Shown one piece after another: positions 56,001-64,000 of a stretch of 64,000 nucleotides of DNA. Source of the DNA: Histomonas meleagridis 2922-C6/04-290x (taxonomy: Eukaryota; Protista; Parabasalia); assembly GCA_020184695.1 (NCBI GenBank), contig JAANOX010000082.1, forward strand, positions 1-64,000, in the 5' to 3' direction. Under the pieces are notes generated by a model, which was not told the DNA's origin, searched no databases, and saw nothing but the letters and a program-made list of their open reading frames with translations. Position 1 is the first letter of the stretch. The number at the start of each line of letters is the position of its first letter. The position numbers and the translations under genes were made by a program.

Positions 56001-56934
56001 GTTAACAAAATTTGATATCGAAAGTTTTCGTTATTCATTTTTACCTACAAATTTGAAATTAGATGTTTACAAATCAGTTGAATTCTTAAATATATTTTCA
56101 ATTTCTATTAAAAAGAATTTTGAAGAAAGATTTATAAATGTAAAATATCAAAAATCATTTGAAATAAAATCGTTAGGAAGAAATAATGTAAATTCGTTGC
56201 GTAATTTTATTAAAGCACCAAAAATAAGTTCAACTTTTGTTAAATATAATAAAATGTTATTCTCACTGGATGCCAACATAATAGAAGTTTATAATCACCA
56301 GAAATTTTTATATAATTTTTCACGTAAACAAATTCCAACACAAAACATTTATGGTAAACTTTCATTACAAAACATTGTTCATTTAGATTGTAAGCAATTA
56401 ATTAAATGTAAATCATTTGGTTATTATTCAAAACAACAAATTCCAATACAAAATATTAATGATCAATTTCGTTATCACATTTCATTCAATACATTTCCAA
56501 CAAATTTCAAGTATTTAACTTCTTTTTTATATTTGTTTTCTCATAAACAAACACAAAAGCAAAACATTGATGATGAACTTTCATTACAAAACATTGTTCA
56601 TTTAGATTGTAAGCAATTAGTTAAATGTAAATCATTTGATTATTATTCAAAACAACAAATTCCAACACAAAACATTAATGATCAATTTCGTTATCACATT
56701 TCATTTAATACATTTCCAACAAATTTCAAGTATTTAACTTCTTTTTTATATTCATTTTCTCATAAACAAATTCCAAAAAGAGAAATAATTCTCTCTCCAA
56801 ATATAACACATATAAACCTCAACAAATTAGTACAACATAAAATGTTAATAAAATATTTCCAATTATCACATAAAACGCAATCGTTACCAAATATTTCACT
56901 GAAAACTGAATTTAATTTACATAATTTGCTATAA
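50065..56934 (+). CDS. Very large N/I/K/F/Y-rich repetitive protein, possibly extending to 57348 across one TAA
   Basis: About 2290 codons open in extremely AT-rich DNA. Periodic F/Y-x-KW motifs at the N-terminus and roughly 38-aa FNxDLLxEY-type repeats centrally. ATG at 50065. Confidence 0.7.
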   Translation: MDDTPPDKFQVIFNTPSLISKSITCFDISKRAVHLMQLYNRISFKIKWRNFSKKILLKRKLYEYRKINILDTKFYQVHTNIMRTSFFKWRLKFKFIKFVNSYKINILKNKKDLLQRQALKEHQQEIRNKWEKITKKLLQQRKTKKYYKIIQKHFYDKWKFRKNERIQIRETWKSFNKKLNINNIKHIKAKYENSIQQIERYQRLYLLVINDEYKNELIDSFQAIYIYRKWIKFKSFVLQNYYRKKLLQNKFIVITKKLLFNDIVLRLKRNFYQFKLEQFSKNLLLNQRKQILIHFKICLTYYNKWKFMQKLNRLAKKVLLDSYSKIKLPLRKIINVNTKFYEYYLLFNFFTKWKTKLLIQNIPIDFLIEVNVKYENPNFDFVNQQNISHLLHYNKIDNTKIELKAKKASQNIKYNLKYINIPIKVFNFQRNIPLKENVPKIYIDFKFNDLVSNQTKTLSYFKTNKNMFNNIDIHYEYNFDLNSIVLDNYNVHFNQICKHQISYLKQLQNIKLRKYSQKLIFNFVSKRYNSHNMNLTKHKIFQFNDLFKLNFSLKYQIPKTKQFNFAFFDKDYYINIYIDKLPKEKSLKFNFININSLVSILNYQRIHFKKEKLKDIKLNIMLNVNKSFDTLQHNSSIKYFSKIKPNVDKYFDSAQNVINLSICLPHIFLISYLLNYQCDFKHEKYLHQSKLVKHKNILKLAFLPFQITKYLNIIKRQNIPNPLIDNVSYQQKFSYLNLSISPIYLYNTKVQIPMLSNPIQHKHFNDKLTFDIPIITQNETISSFVMYPKQNVYKNICFDKFIMKPKLLIPRNSISSMLNYNKVIKVTEKLPKISYKLNFILDLDSYLTKITKFLYEIKLNDHNFANKMIIPNYKLNINYKFTIIGNVFNFITFHNLTKEYYDKNMKTLSKTSNYISLTFDKLIIKRFFTIIKPIFYYTNTYNKFLLNDYISEINIKGKQNNYQITLGKYYEISPIFNFYKEFNKNILDKYSYINFNTEINIDNSIINKNLNKSLIFNFAKDFNKDLLSEYVSRVTFKDKTIETSLIVRNIFIYPIYYFVKDIYKNIFDVSEVNIKYKDFDYSFVDHFDISHLFNFENHFNENIMERNIEDIAIKEYKIDYLNISNYKCIVSFLHNITNEFHIKDVFNEYLTNISNIKLQIDYADIINSVFDISSLLMSEFNNDITDKYISNITIKEPIINYLSIIKNNLISFIYNYEKLSRPIVINEINLNSVINEYIKFDKFIDVSALLNHFYIFQQNYLNKYCNNINIKDMNIDFNFIYKYYSISALLRYENEFNNKLLNEYTANVTIHTPKIKYLNVINNNYNISLLINFKNSFNENLLNEYTANVTICTPKIKFLKVIDGYYDVSSLYNFVFDFNDDLLSEYIKNIKVNELNTNYLVFANESINVYYLLCFAKLFIKDFINAFSLNTKITNVNIDYLNNIINKSFNVSPIFNFISEFNNDIIDKNSNIIIKEPRINYLNIINNNSISFLYNYEKLSKPNVVYEINLNNIINDYIKLDKFIYDINISSLYQYENDICKNLLNEYPSNISIQLPKINFSDFINYKYISFIFNFEFEFNKDLLSEYISYINIKELMIYNSYPIQKFYSLSLYNITNKFIISNILQNNLTNITTQKYVFTYSNLLNKIFSISSINNFVVGFHKDILNKYSSKTNKTNLTFNSIELINNISFISNYKIHVFNKNILCEYKYKELKLNYLNNILNISYLYNFVNGFDNDILSKYFSDLIIRAPKFDYSHLTIKNSLSFISYYYCIKEFNNINNYVTNVKYQNAMLNLDLIHNYNISFMFNFKKDFNINFVLNEYSKNIKIKNLKFDFLDFVKENITISSIINIKKEFNTDIISKYTSDINMNKFELQIFNIPIPNFINIFKKELQNSKLFKYEEFHYINAQSNFGLPFNGFPSLIIMRNFTIPKHQFHMLNNFDEFHVSKMFNVKYFHNFVINNMFNAHKYLFNYIYIKKMLTKFDIESFRYSFLPTNLKLDVYKSVEFLNIFSISIKKNFEERFINVKYQKSFEIKSLGRNNVNSLRNFIKAPKISSTFVKYNKMLFSLDANIIEVYNHQKFLYNFSRKQIPTQNIYGKLSLQNIVHLDCKQLIKCKSFGYYSKQQIPIQNINDQFRYHISFNTFPTNFKYLTSFLYLFSHKQTQKQNIDDELSLQNIVHLDCKQLVKCKSFDYYSKQQIPTQNINDQFRYHISFNTFPTNFKYLTSFLYSFSHKQIPKREIILSPNITHINLNKLVQHKMLIKYFQLSHKTQSLPNISLKTEFNLHNLL
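56325..56770 (+). repeat. Near-perfect 219-nt tandem duplication
   Basis: LSLQNIVHLDCKQL.KCKSF.YYSKQQIP.QNINDQFRYHISFNTFPTNFKYLTSFLY occurs twice (anchors at 56359 and 56578). Confidence 0.9.
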
Positions 56935-58239
56935 AACGTTATATCAAAACAATTTTTAACGAATCAAATTATAATTCGCAAAAACATAGAACCAAAACAT
57001 GTTACATATAATTATATATTTTCATTTGATTCATTTGTTTCGAGTATTTTTTCATTACAAAACTTAAAATCATTTGAACCATTCACAATAAATTATGGAA
57101 AATTGTTGAAAAATGAATTTTCGGATTTGTTTGATAATTCATTAAAAATGTGTGTGAAAAAATCAATAAAAGACTCTAATTTAATAGAAGCAATTGATTT
57201 TACTTCAGAGTTTGAAAATGAATTGGATAAAAGAACTGATGAAACAGTAAATAATGCAATTAGAAGTGAATTAAATTTCGATGAAGAAATCGAAGAAATC
57301 GGTCAAATATTGGACGAGTCTTTGTATAAGACATTGAGGAACACTTAACAAAAAAGGATTAATTAATGTTTAATAATAAAAATTGTTTGTATTTTTTAAT
57401 TTATTTAGAAATGCATTTTGTAAAATCTATTTAGCTAAATGGAAATTATCTCGGAAATATTTTGTGAAACCATTAATCATGTTGGATTTTCCAGAGTGGT
57501 TCTATATCTTGGAAAGTTATATTCAGCATATTTAAGTTTATTTGAGATAAAATATTTTTCAGGAATAACTAAATCAGATATACTCACTAAAATGCAAATG
57601 GTTTGGCCTGTTTGTATAATTGTTTCTAAGTTGTTTTATTCACTCCATTTATTTAGTTAACTAAATATTGCATTATTAAATAAGTGAATAACTTATACAG
57701 ATGAGTGTTTTGATATACTTAAATTTTTGAATTGTTATCAAATTTCTTATATATGCAATTTTTTTCAGATCAAGCACATCTATTTAATAGATTATCCAAA
57801 AAGAAACTTATCTATATCAAAAAAAAACTTATCAATACAACTCAGATGTCATGTTATGGTTGATTTTATGAAGATTTACGACCTCTAAAAAAAATGTTAA
57901 AAAAATAAATTAAAAAAGATAAAAATATACATTAAAAACATTCGGTTCGCAGTGGGTCGTTATTCGATAATTTTCAAAATGGGCATCGTCAAGCCGGCTA
58001 CAAAAGCAACATCTGGATCCAATAACATCTTTGATTTGAGGGTTTTACTTTGGCATTAATTGAGGCATTATAAACTATTGAAAATCAAAAATAAACCAAA
58101 CAAAAAACAGTTATATTACAGTTTTTTGGGGATGTGGCTTTGATCGTTTTCTTCTCAATTCTTTCCATTGAAAGAGAGTTCAAGACCAAAAAATGACAAA
58201 CGATCGGACTGAAATCCATTCAAAAAGCTACCACAACAA

Positions 58240-58839
58240 ATGGAAGACAACGGTGGGATTAGACCTTTAAAACTCATTTTAGTTGGATCTGCTGGTGTTG
58301 GAAAGACATCGTTGATGAACGCGCTATTTGAGCAGTCTTTTGAACAAGATATGCAAACAACAGTTGCACCTGCTTTCTGCGAAAAATCAATTCAAATTTC
58401 TGATGGTTCCAAAGTAACATTACACATCTGGGATACTGCAGGCCAAGAAAAGTTTCAATCAATTTGTGAAACATATTATAGAGACGCAGATGTTGCTTTT
58501 GTATGTTTCGATTATGAAAATATGAATCATGAAACCATAGCAAAATGGGTTTCTCGCGTCAGGGCTCAATCTCCAGACTGTTTGATTTTCTTGGTTCTTA
58601 CAAAAGAGGATCTTACTCCATCTGATCAATATCCAAACATCCTAGAAGATTCAGAAGGCTACGTAAATGAATTCAAAGCAGAAGCATTTCACATGACATC
58701 ATCATCAACTCAAAATGGTGTTAAAGCTTTATTCTGCTCTGCTGCAGAATGTGTTCATAAAATCTGCGAAAAACAAATACCAACAAGCGTCGTAATCAAA
58801 GAAACCAAAACTACTGAGAAGAAGCCTTGTAAATGCTAG
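58240..58839 (+). CDS. Rab-family small GTPase (divergent)
   Basis: GSAGVGKT, WDTAGQE, G4 variant TKED and C-terminal CKC prenylation motif. Confidence 0.9.
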   Translation: MEDNGGIRPLKLILVGSAGVGKTSLMNALFEQSFEQDMQTTVAPAFCEKSIQISDGSKVTLHIWDTAGQEKFQSICETYYRDADVAFVCFDYENMNHETIAKWVSRVRAQSPDCLIFLVLTKEDLTPSDQYPNILEDSEGYVNEFKAEAFHMTSSSTQNGVKALFCSAAECVHKICEKQIPTSVVIKETKTTEKKPCKC

Positions 58840-59212
58840 GTTTGGTTTGTCAACACGCAAATCAACAAATAAGATTTTTCTTTCTGGGTAAGTGCATACT
58901 CACGCTATGATAAATCACTTTCATTATTACGTTTTGTTTTGTTTTAAATCTTTTTTCTGGAATTTTTTTTTTGATTGAATCATTGTTCTACAATTAATAT
59001 TTTAATACCCCTTTATCTTTGTTGACCAACACTTATATACAAGAATCAGTTCAAAATGAATCAATCGTTAGCAAATGTTTTTTTTTGGTAATCAATCATA
59101 CAAAAATAACATTACCAAACTTTAAAAAGTTTTATTTATACAATAAAAATGAATTCTAATTAGAAGAAAATTCATGATCATATGTATGTACTAATTTAAA
59201 TGTATATATTAT

Positions 59213-59491
59213 TTAAATATCATTACAAATTTCGTGTACACGTAAAACTAAGCTATCAATTTCTTTCAAAATATTTTCTGGGGATTGGTCAGGTTCATTG
59301 TGATTGAGTTCAACTCCTTCATGTGATTTTTCTTCATTAATAATTGGGTAATTATAATTGATATTTTCCCATTTTTTTGAAAACTTTGATGCAAAAGAAT
59401 CCATGTTCATCATGTTTCCATTCATTGAAATATTTTCATTGTGGTAAATTTTGGATTCATTTTTTCTTCTGTTTCTTTTTCCAGAACTCAT
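59213..59491 (-). CDS. Hypothetical 92-aa protein
   Basis: ATG-initiated ORF with a basic N-terminus and a helical C-terminus, divergent from eL36. Confidence 0.45.
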   Translation of the reverse strand: MSSGKRNRRKNESKIYHNENISMNGNMMNMDSFASKFSKKWENINYNYPIINEEKSHEGVELNHNEPDQSPENILKEIDSLVLRVHEICNDI

Positions 59492-59540
59492 AAAAATAAA
59501 CGTACGTTAACATAACCGTTTTGATTTTGTTGCCGATAAC

Positions 59541-59560
59541 AACGGTTTGGTCGATCCTTT
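59541..59560 (+). promoter_or_regulatory. M3-like (AACGGTT) and M5-like (CCTTT) core promoter of eL36
   Basis: AACGGTT at 59541-59547 and CCTTT at 59556-59560, just before ATG 59566; the arrangement described for trichomonad ribosomal protein genes. Confidence 0.6.
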
Positions 59561-59565
59561 CATCC

Positions 59566-59829
59566 ATGTCAGGTACAGAGAAGGCTGTTGCCCAAAAGAC
59601 AAAGAAGGGTTCAAGCGGTAAACGCGCTAAGTTTGTTCGCGAAGTTATCCACGAACTTGCAGGATGGTCACCATACGAACGTCGTGCTATGGATCTCATC
59701 AAACTTGAAAAGAGGAAATCAGCTCGCACATTCCTCAAGAAGCGTCTTGGCACTCACAAGCGTGCAATGCATAAGTTGGTTTATCTTGAAAACATTATCC
59801 AAGAAGAGAACATGCAACACCATCATTAA
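59566..59829 (+). CDS. RPL36: 60S ribosomal protein eL36
   Basis: KFVREVIHELAGWSPYERRAMDLIK...RTFLKKRLGTHKRA. Confidence 0.95.
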   Translation: MSGTEKAVAQKTKKGSSGKRAKFVREVIHELAGWSPYERRAMDLIKLEKRKSARTFLKKRLGTHKRAMHKLVYLENIIQEENMQHHH

Positions 59830-60094
59830 ATATCTTTAAAATATTATAATGTTTCAATTATGTCTTGTTTTACTTGTGTGCTTTGCTTAAAAAAATACTT
59901 ATATTTTTTCATTGAAGACCAATTGATCTGATTTTCATATAAAAATGTTGTGTTTGATCTCAATAGTGAACACATACAGCAAGCGATATACAGTTACTTA
60001 TCCAAATATATATTTTTAAGATAATTTTCATCTAAATTTCAAAATATTAAAAACAAAAGTAAGAACAAATATTAGTTCGACAATTATCAGATGT

Positions 60095-60613
60095 TTAGTT
60101 TATTTTCTTTGAGAATGTGGTTTGAACTTGAATATCTTGGTATTGAATAATTGCCCAAATCATGATAAGGATCAAGAATATGATTAAGATTAAGCAGTTC
60201 CAAACTGGCTTAGTGAAAGGATTTGTGACTCCAATGCTACCAAGCTGTGGATAATTTTCGGTAATAAAAATATAATCAGTGGAAGGAGTTGCTTGTACCT
60301 TTGCCTGAACATCAGTAATTGTTAGGTTTGTTGTGTAATTTGTTGCTGACCTCGAGAGAAGAGTTATTATAGATTGATTTTTATAAACATAAAAATCAGT
60401 AGCTGTTCCAAGTACTGTTGTAATTTGTTCATGAGTTCTGATAGGTGTTTGAGTTGTCATCACAACAACATTTACAGACTTAGGAATTGAAGAAATTAAT
60501 GTGTCTAAAGGTTGACTTGTATTAACAGCGACACCTGTTGGCAACTTAACTAAAAGCACAGGAGGTTGGTTTGGGTAAATAACATAGGAAATGAAGGAGA
60601 GAAGCCAAAGCAT
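60095..60613 (-). CDS. Small type-I membrane protein with a C-terminal KKxx motif
   Basis: Hydrophobic N-terminus, single TM (VWNCLILIIFLILIMIWAII) and tail ending KKIN. Confidence 0.6.
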   Translation of the reverse strand: MLWLLSFISYVIYPNQPPVLLVKLPTGVAVNTSQPLDTLISSIPKSVNVVVMTTQTPIRTHEQITTVLGTATDFYVYKNQSIITLLSRSATNYTTNLTITDVQAKVQATPSTDYIFITENYPQLGSIGVTNPFTKPVWNCLILIIFLILIMIWAIIQYQDIQVQTTFSKKIN

Positions 60614-60854
60614 TGCTAAGAAAGTACTGAATTATTGTCAGTTTTCAAAAGTTGACCAAATGATGATAGAAAACGGTTCCCATAATTCAAAAGTGACAAT
60701 AATCTATTGTTTCCAATTAACGTTTCCCGAACCTCCAATAAATTTTTGAGTTAGTTTTGTGTTAAGTTTTTCTGATCTAACCAAAAAAAAGTGAACTTTC
60801 AAGCAGTTTTCTCTAAACATTTATAAATTATATATTTTTACTTAACAATATAAT

Positions 60855-62393
60855 TCATTGTTCACTTGATCTTCGATGATGTCTTCTTCTTTTTGGAAGC
60901 AATTCAAATGCCGCAACGAAATATTTCACGAACACGTCATTCACAGGTTCGAATCCATTCGTCAAAAAGAAACCACCCAAAAAAATCTTGAAGACTTTTC
61001 CATTCGGAAAACCAAATTTTTTCACAGTTTCATTCAACGCCACATTTTTACAATGCCTTTCGACCTCTAACATATCTGTAACTTTTCTCATTCTTTGATA
61101 TATATAATACGAAACAGCAAACTTCAAGAAGTTCGCTCCAATCATTTTACTTTTCTGCGAAAGTGGCGATTTTTCGACGAACACATTTTTATATGTCGGC
61201 TTTAAAGATTCGCAATATTTTAATGCATATGAAGGTACATTATCACCAATTTCTTCAACAATTAATTTGTTTTGAACACCAACTTTAAGCGTTTCAATTG
61301 CTTTTGATATTTGTGGATTTGTTTCGAAATATTTTTGATCAATCGCAAATAAACATTGATGCCAAAACTCATTAACTTTATCATATCCGCCAGCTTTAAA
61401 GTTTAGAAATGCAAGCGCTTCGAAACAATCGGATGGAACTTTTCGTTCATCAATTGGTCCGATAATTGAATTATTAAAATTAAAATGTTCGGCAATTGCC
61501 AAAAATAAATCATTAGAAACGGCCCAATTATAACGTTGATTAATGTATTGCAAATCATGTTGATACAATGCTTTGATAATATCAGTACATATGCATAAGC
61601 CAAGAACTGTATCGCCGCATTTTTCCATACTATCATGATAATGTGTAAAAGAAGGGATATAAGAAACAGTAAAACATTCTATGAAATCCGGGAAATAAAC
61701 ATCTTCAAAGTTAAAGCTTTTAAATAATAAAGTAAGTGAACTTATGCTGGATAAAAAATATCTGAAATATGATATGAATCGAATCATCGAAATTGAACAG
61801 TATTGAATTTGTGGGAATATTGAATTTTCTGAGAATAAACCGTCGAAATCACTATGAAATTTTTGAATGGTTTCGCCCAGAAATTGGAATCCTTCTTGTG
61901 GAAGGTTATGCTGTACTTCTTTCAACTGATAAAGGAGATGAAGGTTTTCAAAAAAAAGAGTTGATTCAGGAGTAACTTTGTTGGCAAGAATTGAGTTGGG
62001 ATTTTTTGGCATGTCATATATTTCTAACGGATTTATGGATAAAGATTTAACTGCTGAAACATAAGATTCTAAAAATTCTGTTTCTTTAAGTGAATCATCA
62101 GAATTTAAATTTCCACTTGATGGAACAATAAAAATTTCTTTAGATTCAAATGATACACCCATTGCTTCCATGATTTGAGTTGTTATTTTTCCAAGTTTTC
62201 GCTTTTGCATCCAAGTTAGTGTAATTTCTTCAGCTTGCCCAATATTAAATCTACCCCATGATAAGTTATCATAAGATCTTTGTGGATTGCGAAGCAAAGG
62301 AAGTGGACTTAAAATGAATCCAAATTTTTCATCATCAAGAAAAAGTTCATATTGGAAGCTTTTCTTCATATGGTTGACCAATGTCAAAAGCAT
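60855..62393 (-). CDS. Dicer-like RNase III family protein
   Basis: RNase III signature MEKCGDTVL and KVPSDCFEAL; a second degenerate RNase III-like segment (KMIGANFLKFAVS); basic C-terminus PKRRRHHRR. Confidence 0.7.
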   Translation of the reverse strand: MLLTLVNHMKKSFQYELFLDDEKFGFILSPLPLLRNPQRSYDNLSWGRFNIGQAEEITLTWMQKRKLGKITTQIMEAMGVSFESKEIFIVPSSGNLNSDDSLKETEFLESYVSAVKSLSINPLEIYDMPKNPNSILANKVTPESTLFFENLHLLYQLKEVQHNLPQEGFQFLGETIQKFHSDFDGLFSENSIFPQIQYCSISMIRFISYFRYFLSSISSLTLLFKSFNFEDVYFPDFIECFTVSYIPSFTHYHDSMEKCGDTVLGLCICTDIIKALYQHDLQYINQRYNWAVSNDLFLAIAEHFNFNNSIIGPIDERKVPSDCFEALAFLNFKAGGYDKVNEFWHQCLFAIDQKYFETNPQISKAIETLKVGVQNKLIVEEIGDNVPSYALKYCESLKPTYKNVFVEKSPLSQKSKMIGANFLKFAVSYYIYQRMRKVTDMLEVERHCKNVALNETVKKFGFPNGKVFKIFLGGFFLTNGFEPVNDVFVKYFVAAFELLPKRRRHHRRSSEQ

Positions 62394-62755
62394 TCAATAT
62401 TATTGGCATAAAAAAATTATCACAATTCTCACATAAATCAAACAATTTTTGAGAGAAAATATGTGAAAAACAAACATGAAGAAATATCAAGCAATATCAA
62501 CGTGTCAATGCCTTTATGGTTGTATTTTACATATTTTTAATCTTGCAATATGTTTTCTTGATTTAAATCTGATCAAAAAATTAAACTCTTTTTTGATTTG
62601 TTTAATTCTTTAAGCCACAAAACCATTTAAACGTTTGGTTTCATTTGAAGTTTTCTGCGTTCAATTTTTGTGATGTTTACGTTTGATGTGAACTGACGTT
62701 TCGTAGCGGCACATTCACACAGCAAAAAAACAGATGTTTGATGAACTTTATTCAA

Positions 62756-64000
62756 CTAAATCTTTGGCTCAGAGAGAACTCTGATGCGGTCAGAAGTAAG
62801 TGGGAAGTTAACTGGAATCCATTCATTTAATCCACGATCACGTCTTGCAGCTCTTATTGCCTCATAGATAGCAAATCCTACGGACTGCGCCAGGATGAGA
62901 GGAGGCTCTCCTATAGCCTTTGACGAGTACACTCCAGTCGGGTTCCTTGATCCAGGTAATAAGTGAGCGTTAAACTCACCTGGCAAGTCATTGAATCCAG
63001 GTATCTTATAGTATCCAGGGCCATTTGTATGTAACACGCCAGGCTTCAACCATTTGTTATCTTTTCCATCACCACGAGTAATCTCTTCCATAGTCAACAA
63101 TCCATAACCCTGAATGAAAGCACCTTCTATTTGACCTATATCAATCGCCTTATTAATACTTTCACCTACATCAAATACCAAATCAGATCTTAATACCACA
63201 TGATCACCAGTCAAAGTATCAATTTCCACAACAGAAGCAGCAGCTCCATAAACGAAGTAAGCAAATGGGTTACCAGTACCCTTATCCCAATCGAAGTAAA
63301 CTCCAGGAGTTGAATAGAATCCATGAGCGCAAATGTCAACTCTATCCAAGTAAGCAGCTTGGCATGCTTGAGCGAATGTTCTATCCGGGGTTCTATACTT
63401 ATTTAATTTCGAGTTAATAATTTGACACGCGTTGTAAACCGCCCAACCGTTTATATCGGTTCCTGTTGATGCGGCGGTTGGTGATGTGTTTGCCACTTTT
63501 GCAGTTGATGTCTCATCAATCCTCACGTACTGTATTGGGATGTTTAACGCCTTCGCAGCAACGGCGGCAACTTTAGTGTGTAAGCCTTGACCCATTTCAA
63601 CGCCGGCATGAGAGATCAGAACGGTACCATCTTTATAAACTTGTACTAACGCACCTCCTTGATTCAAAGTACCGAAAGTGAATGAAATACCATACTTAAG
63701 CGGGTTAATTGATATTCCTCTCTTCTTATACTTATTGTTTCGATTGAATTCTTCGACTTCTTTCTTTAACTTCCAGTAATCAGTTGCCTTGATAATATAA
63801 TCCCAAGCTTTCCTATTATTACATCCGATTAACTTAGTGCCATATGGACATTGATCACCTTCTTTATACAAGTTCAATTGTCGGATTTCTTCTGGTTGCT
63901 TATGTAAGTAATCTGCAATATGTTGAATGATGGCTTCCATAGCAAACACGCCTTGAGGTGCACCGAATCCTCTAAATGCGGTATTCGACATTTGATTTAA
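62756..64000 (-). CDS. XDH: Xanthine dehydrogenase-family molybdoenzyme, C-terminal part (5' end outside window)
   Basis: AFRGFG, GISFT, GVEMGQG, TAASTG, GQIEGAFIQG and SSKAIGEPP (catalytic Glu). The frame stays open to the window end. Confidence 0.9.
   Translation of the reverse strand, partial: LNQMSNTAFRGFGAPQGVFAMEAIIQHIADYLHKQPEEIRQLNLYKEGDQCPYGTKLIGCNNRKAWDYIIKATDYWKLKKEVEEFNRNNKYKKRGISINPLKYGISFTFGTLNQGGALVQVYKDGTVLISHAGVEMGQGLHTKVAAVAAKALNIPIQYVRIDETSTAKVANTSPTAASTGTDINGWAVYNACQIINSKLNKYRTPDRTFAQACQAAYLDRVDICAHGFYSTPGVYFDWDKGTGNPFAYFVYGAAASVVEIDTLTGDHVVLRSDLVFDVGESINKAIDIGQIEGAFIQGYGLLTMEEITRGDGKDNKWLKPGVLHTNGPGYYKIPGFNDLPGEFNAHLLPGSRNPTGVYSSKAIGEPPLILAQSVGFAIYEAIRAARRDRGLNEWIPVNFPLTSDRIRVLSEPKI

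Noticed and set aside
57940-58070. GC-richer intergenic patch as an ncRNA or small ORF upstream of the Rab
   Set aside because: No snRNA, snoRNA or SRP signature and no convincing stem could be identified by eye.

Overview
AT-rich, gene-dense eukaryotic DNA, most likely from a parabasalid (trichomonad, Tritrichomonas/Histomonas-like). This is inferred from the actin sequence, BspA-like LRR surface proteins, DUF3447-like ankyrin genes, Inr/M3/M5-like promoter motifs and TAAA signals overlapping stop codons. Housekeeping content: NDR kinase, RING protein, NMD3, HEAT-like and Nup160-like proteins, CacyBP/SIP, Ebp2-like, actin, ENTH-like/DPF adaptor, PMT-like glycosyltransferase, Rab, eL36, a Dicer-like RNase III, partial xanthine dehydrogenase, a solitary 5S rRNA, tRNA-Val(TAC) and tRNA-Leu(AAG), plus several gene remnants. 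The main observation is in two ankyrin-repeat genes (650-3214 and 10903-13421, minus strand) that look broken. Each 90-nt ankyrin core is followed by an AT-rich spacer of 60/63/80/81/100 nt. Every spacer parses exactly into 20-nt blocks of a 17-nt U-rich, non-GT-AG segment plus one codon, with a single 18-nt exception. Removing the 17-mers rebuilds canonical ankyrin beta-hairpins (e.g. KN-EYGK-TAL, KT-DGGW-TAL, KD-KDGN-TIL, QN-NDGN-TPL), with the conserved Gly in the right place. Five repeats lack exactly the first 17-mer. This points to a possible 17-nt micro-intron / single-codon micro-exon system, or to ribosomal bypassing or DNA excision. The mechanism cannot be determined from the sequence alone.
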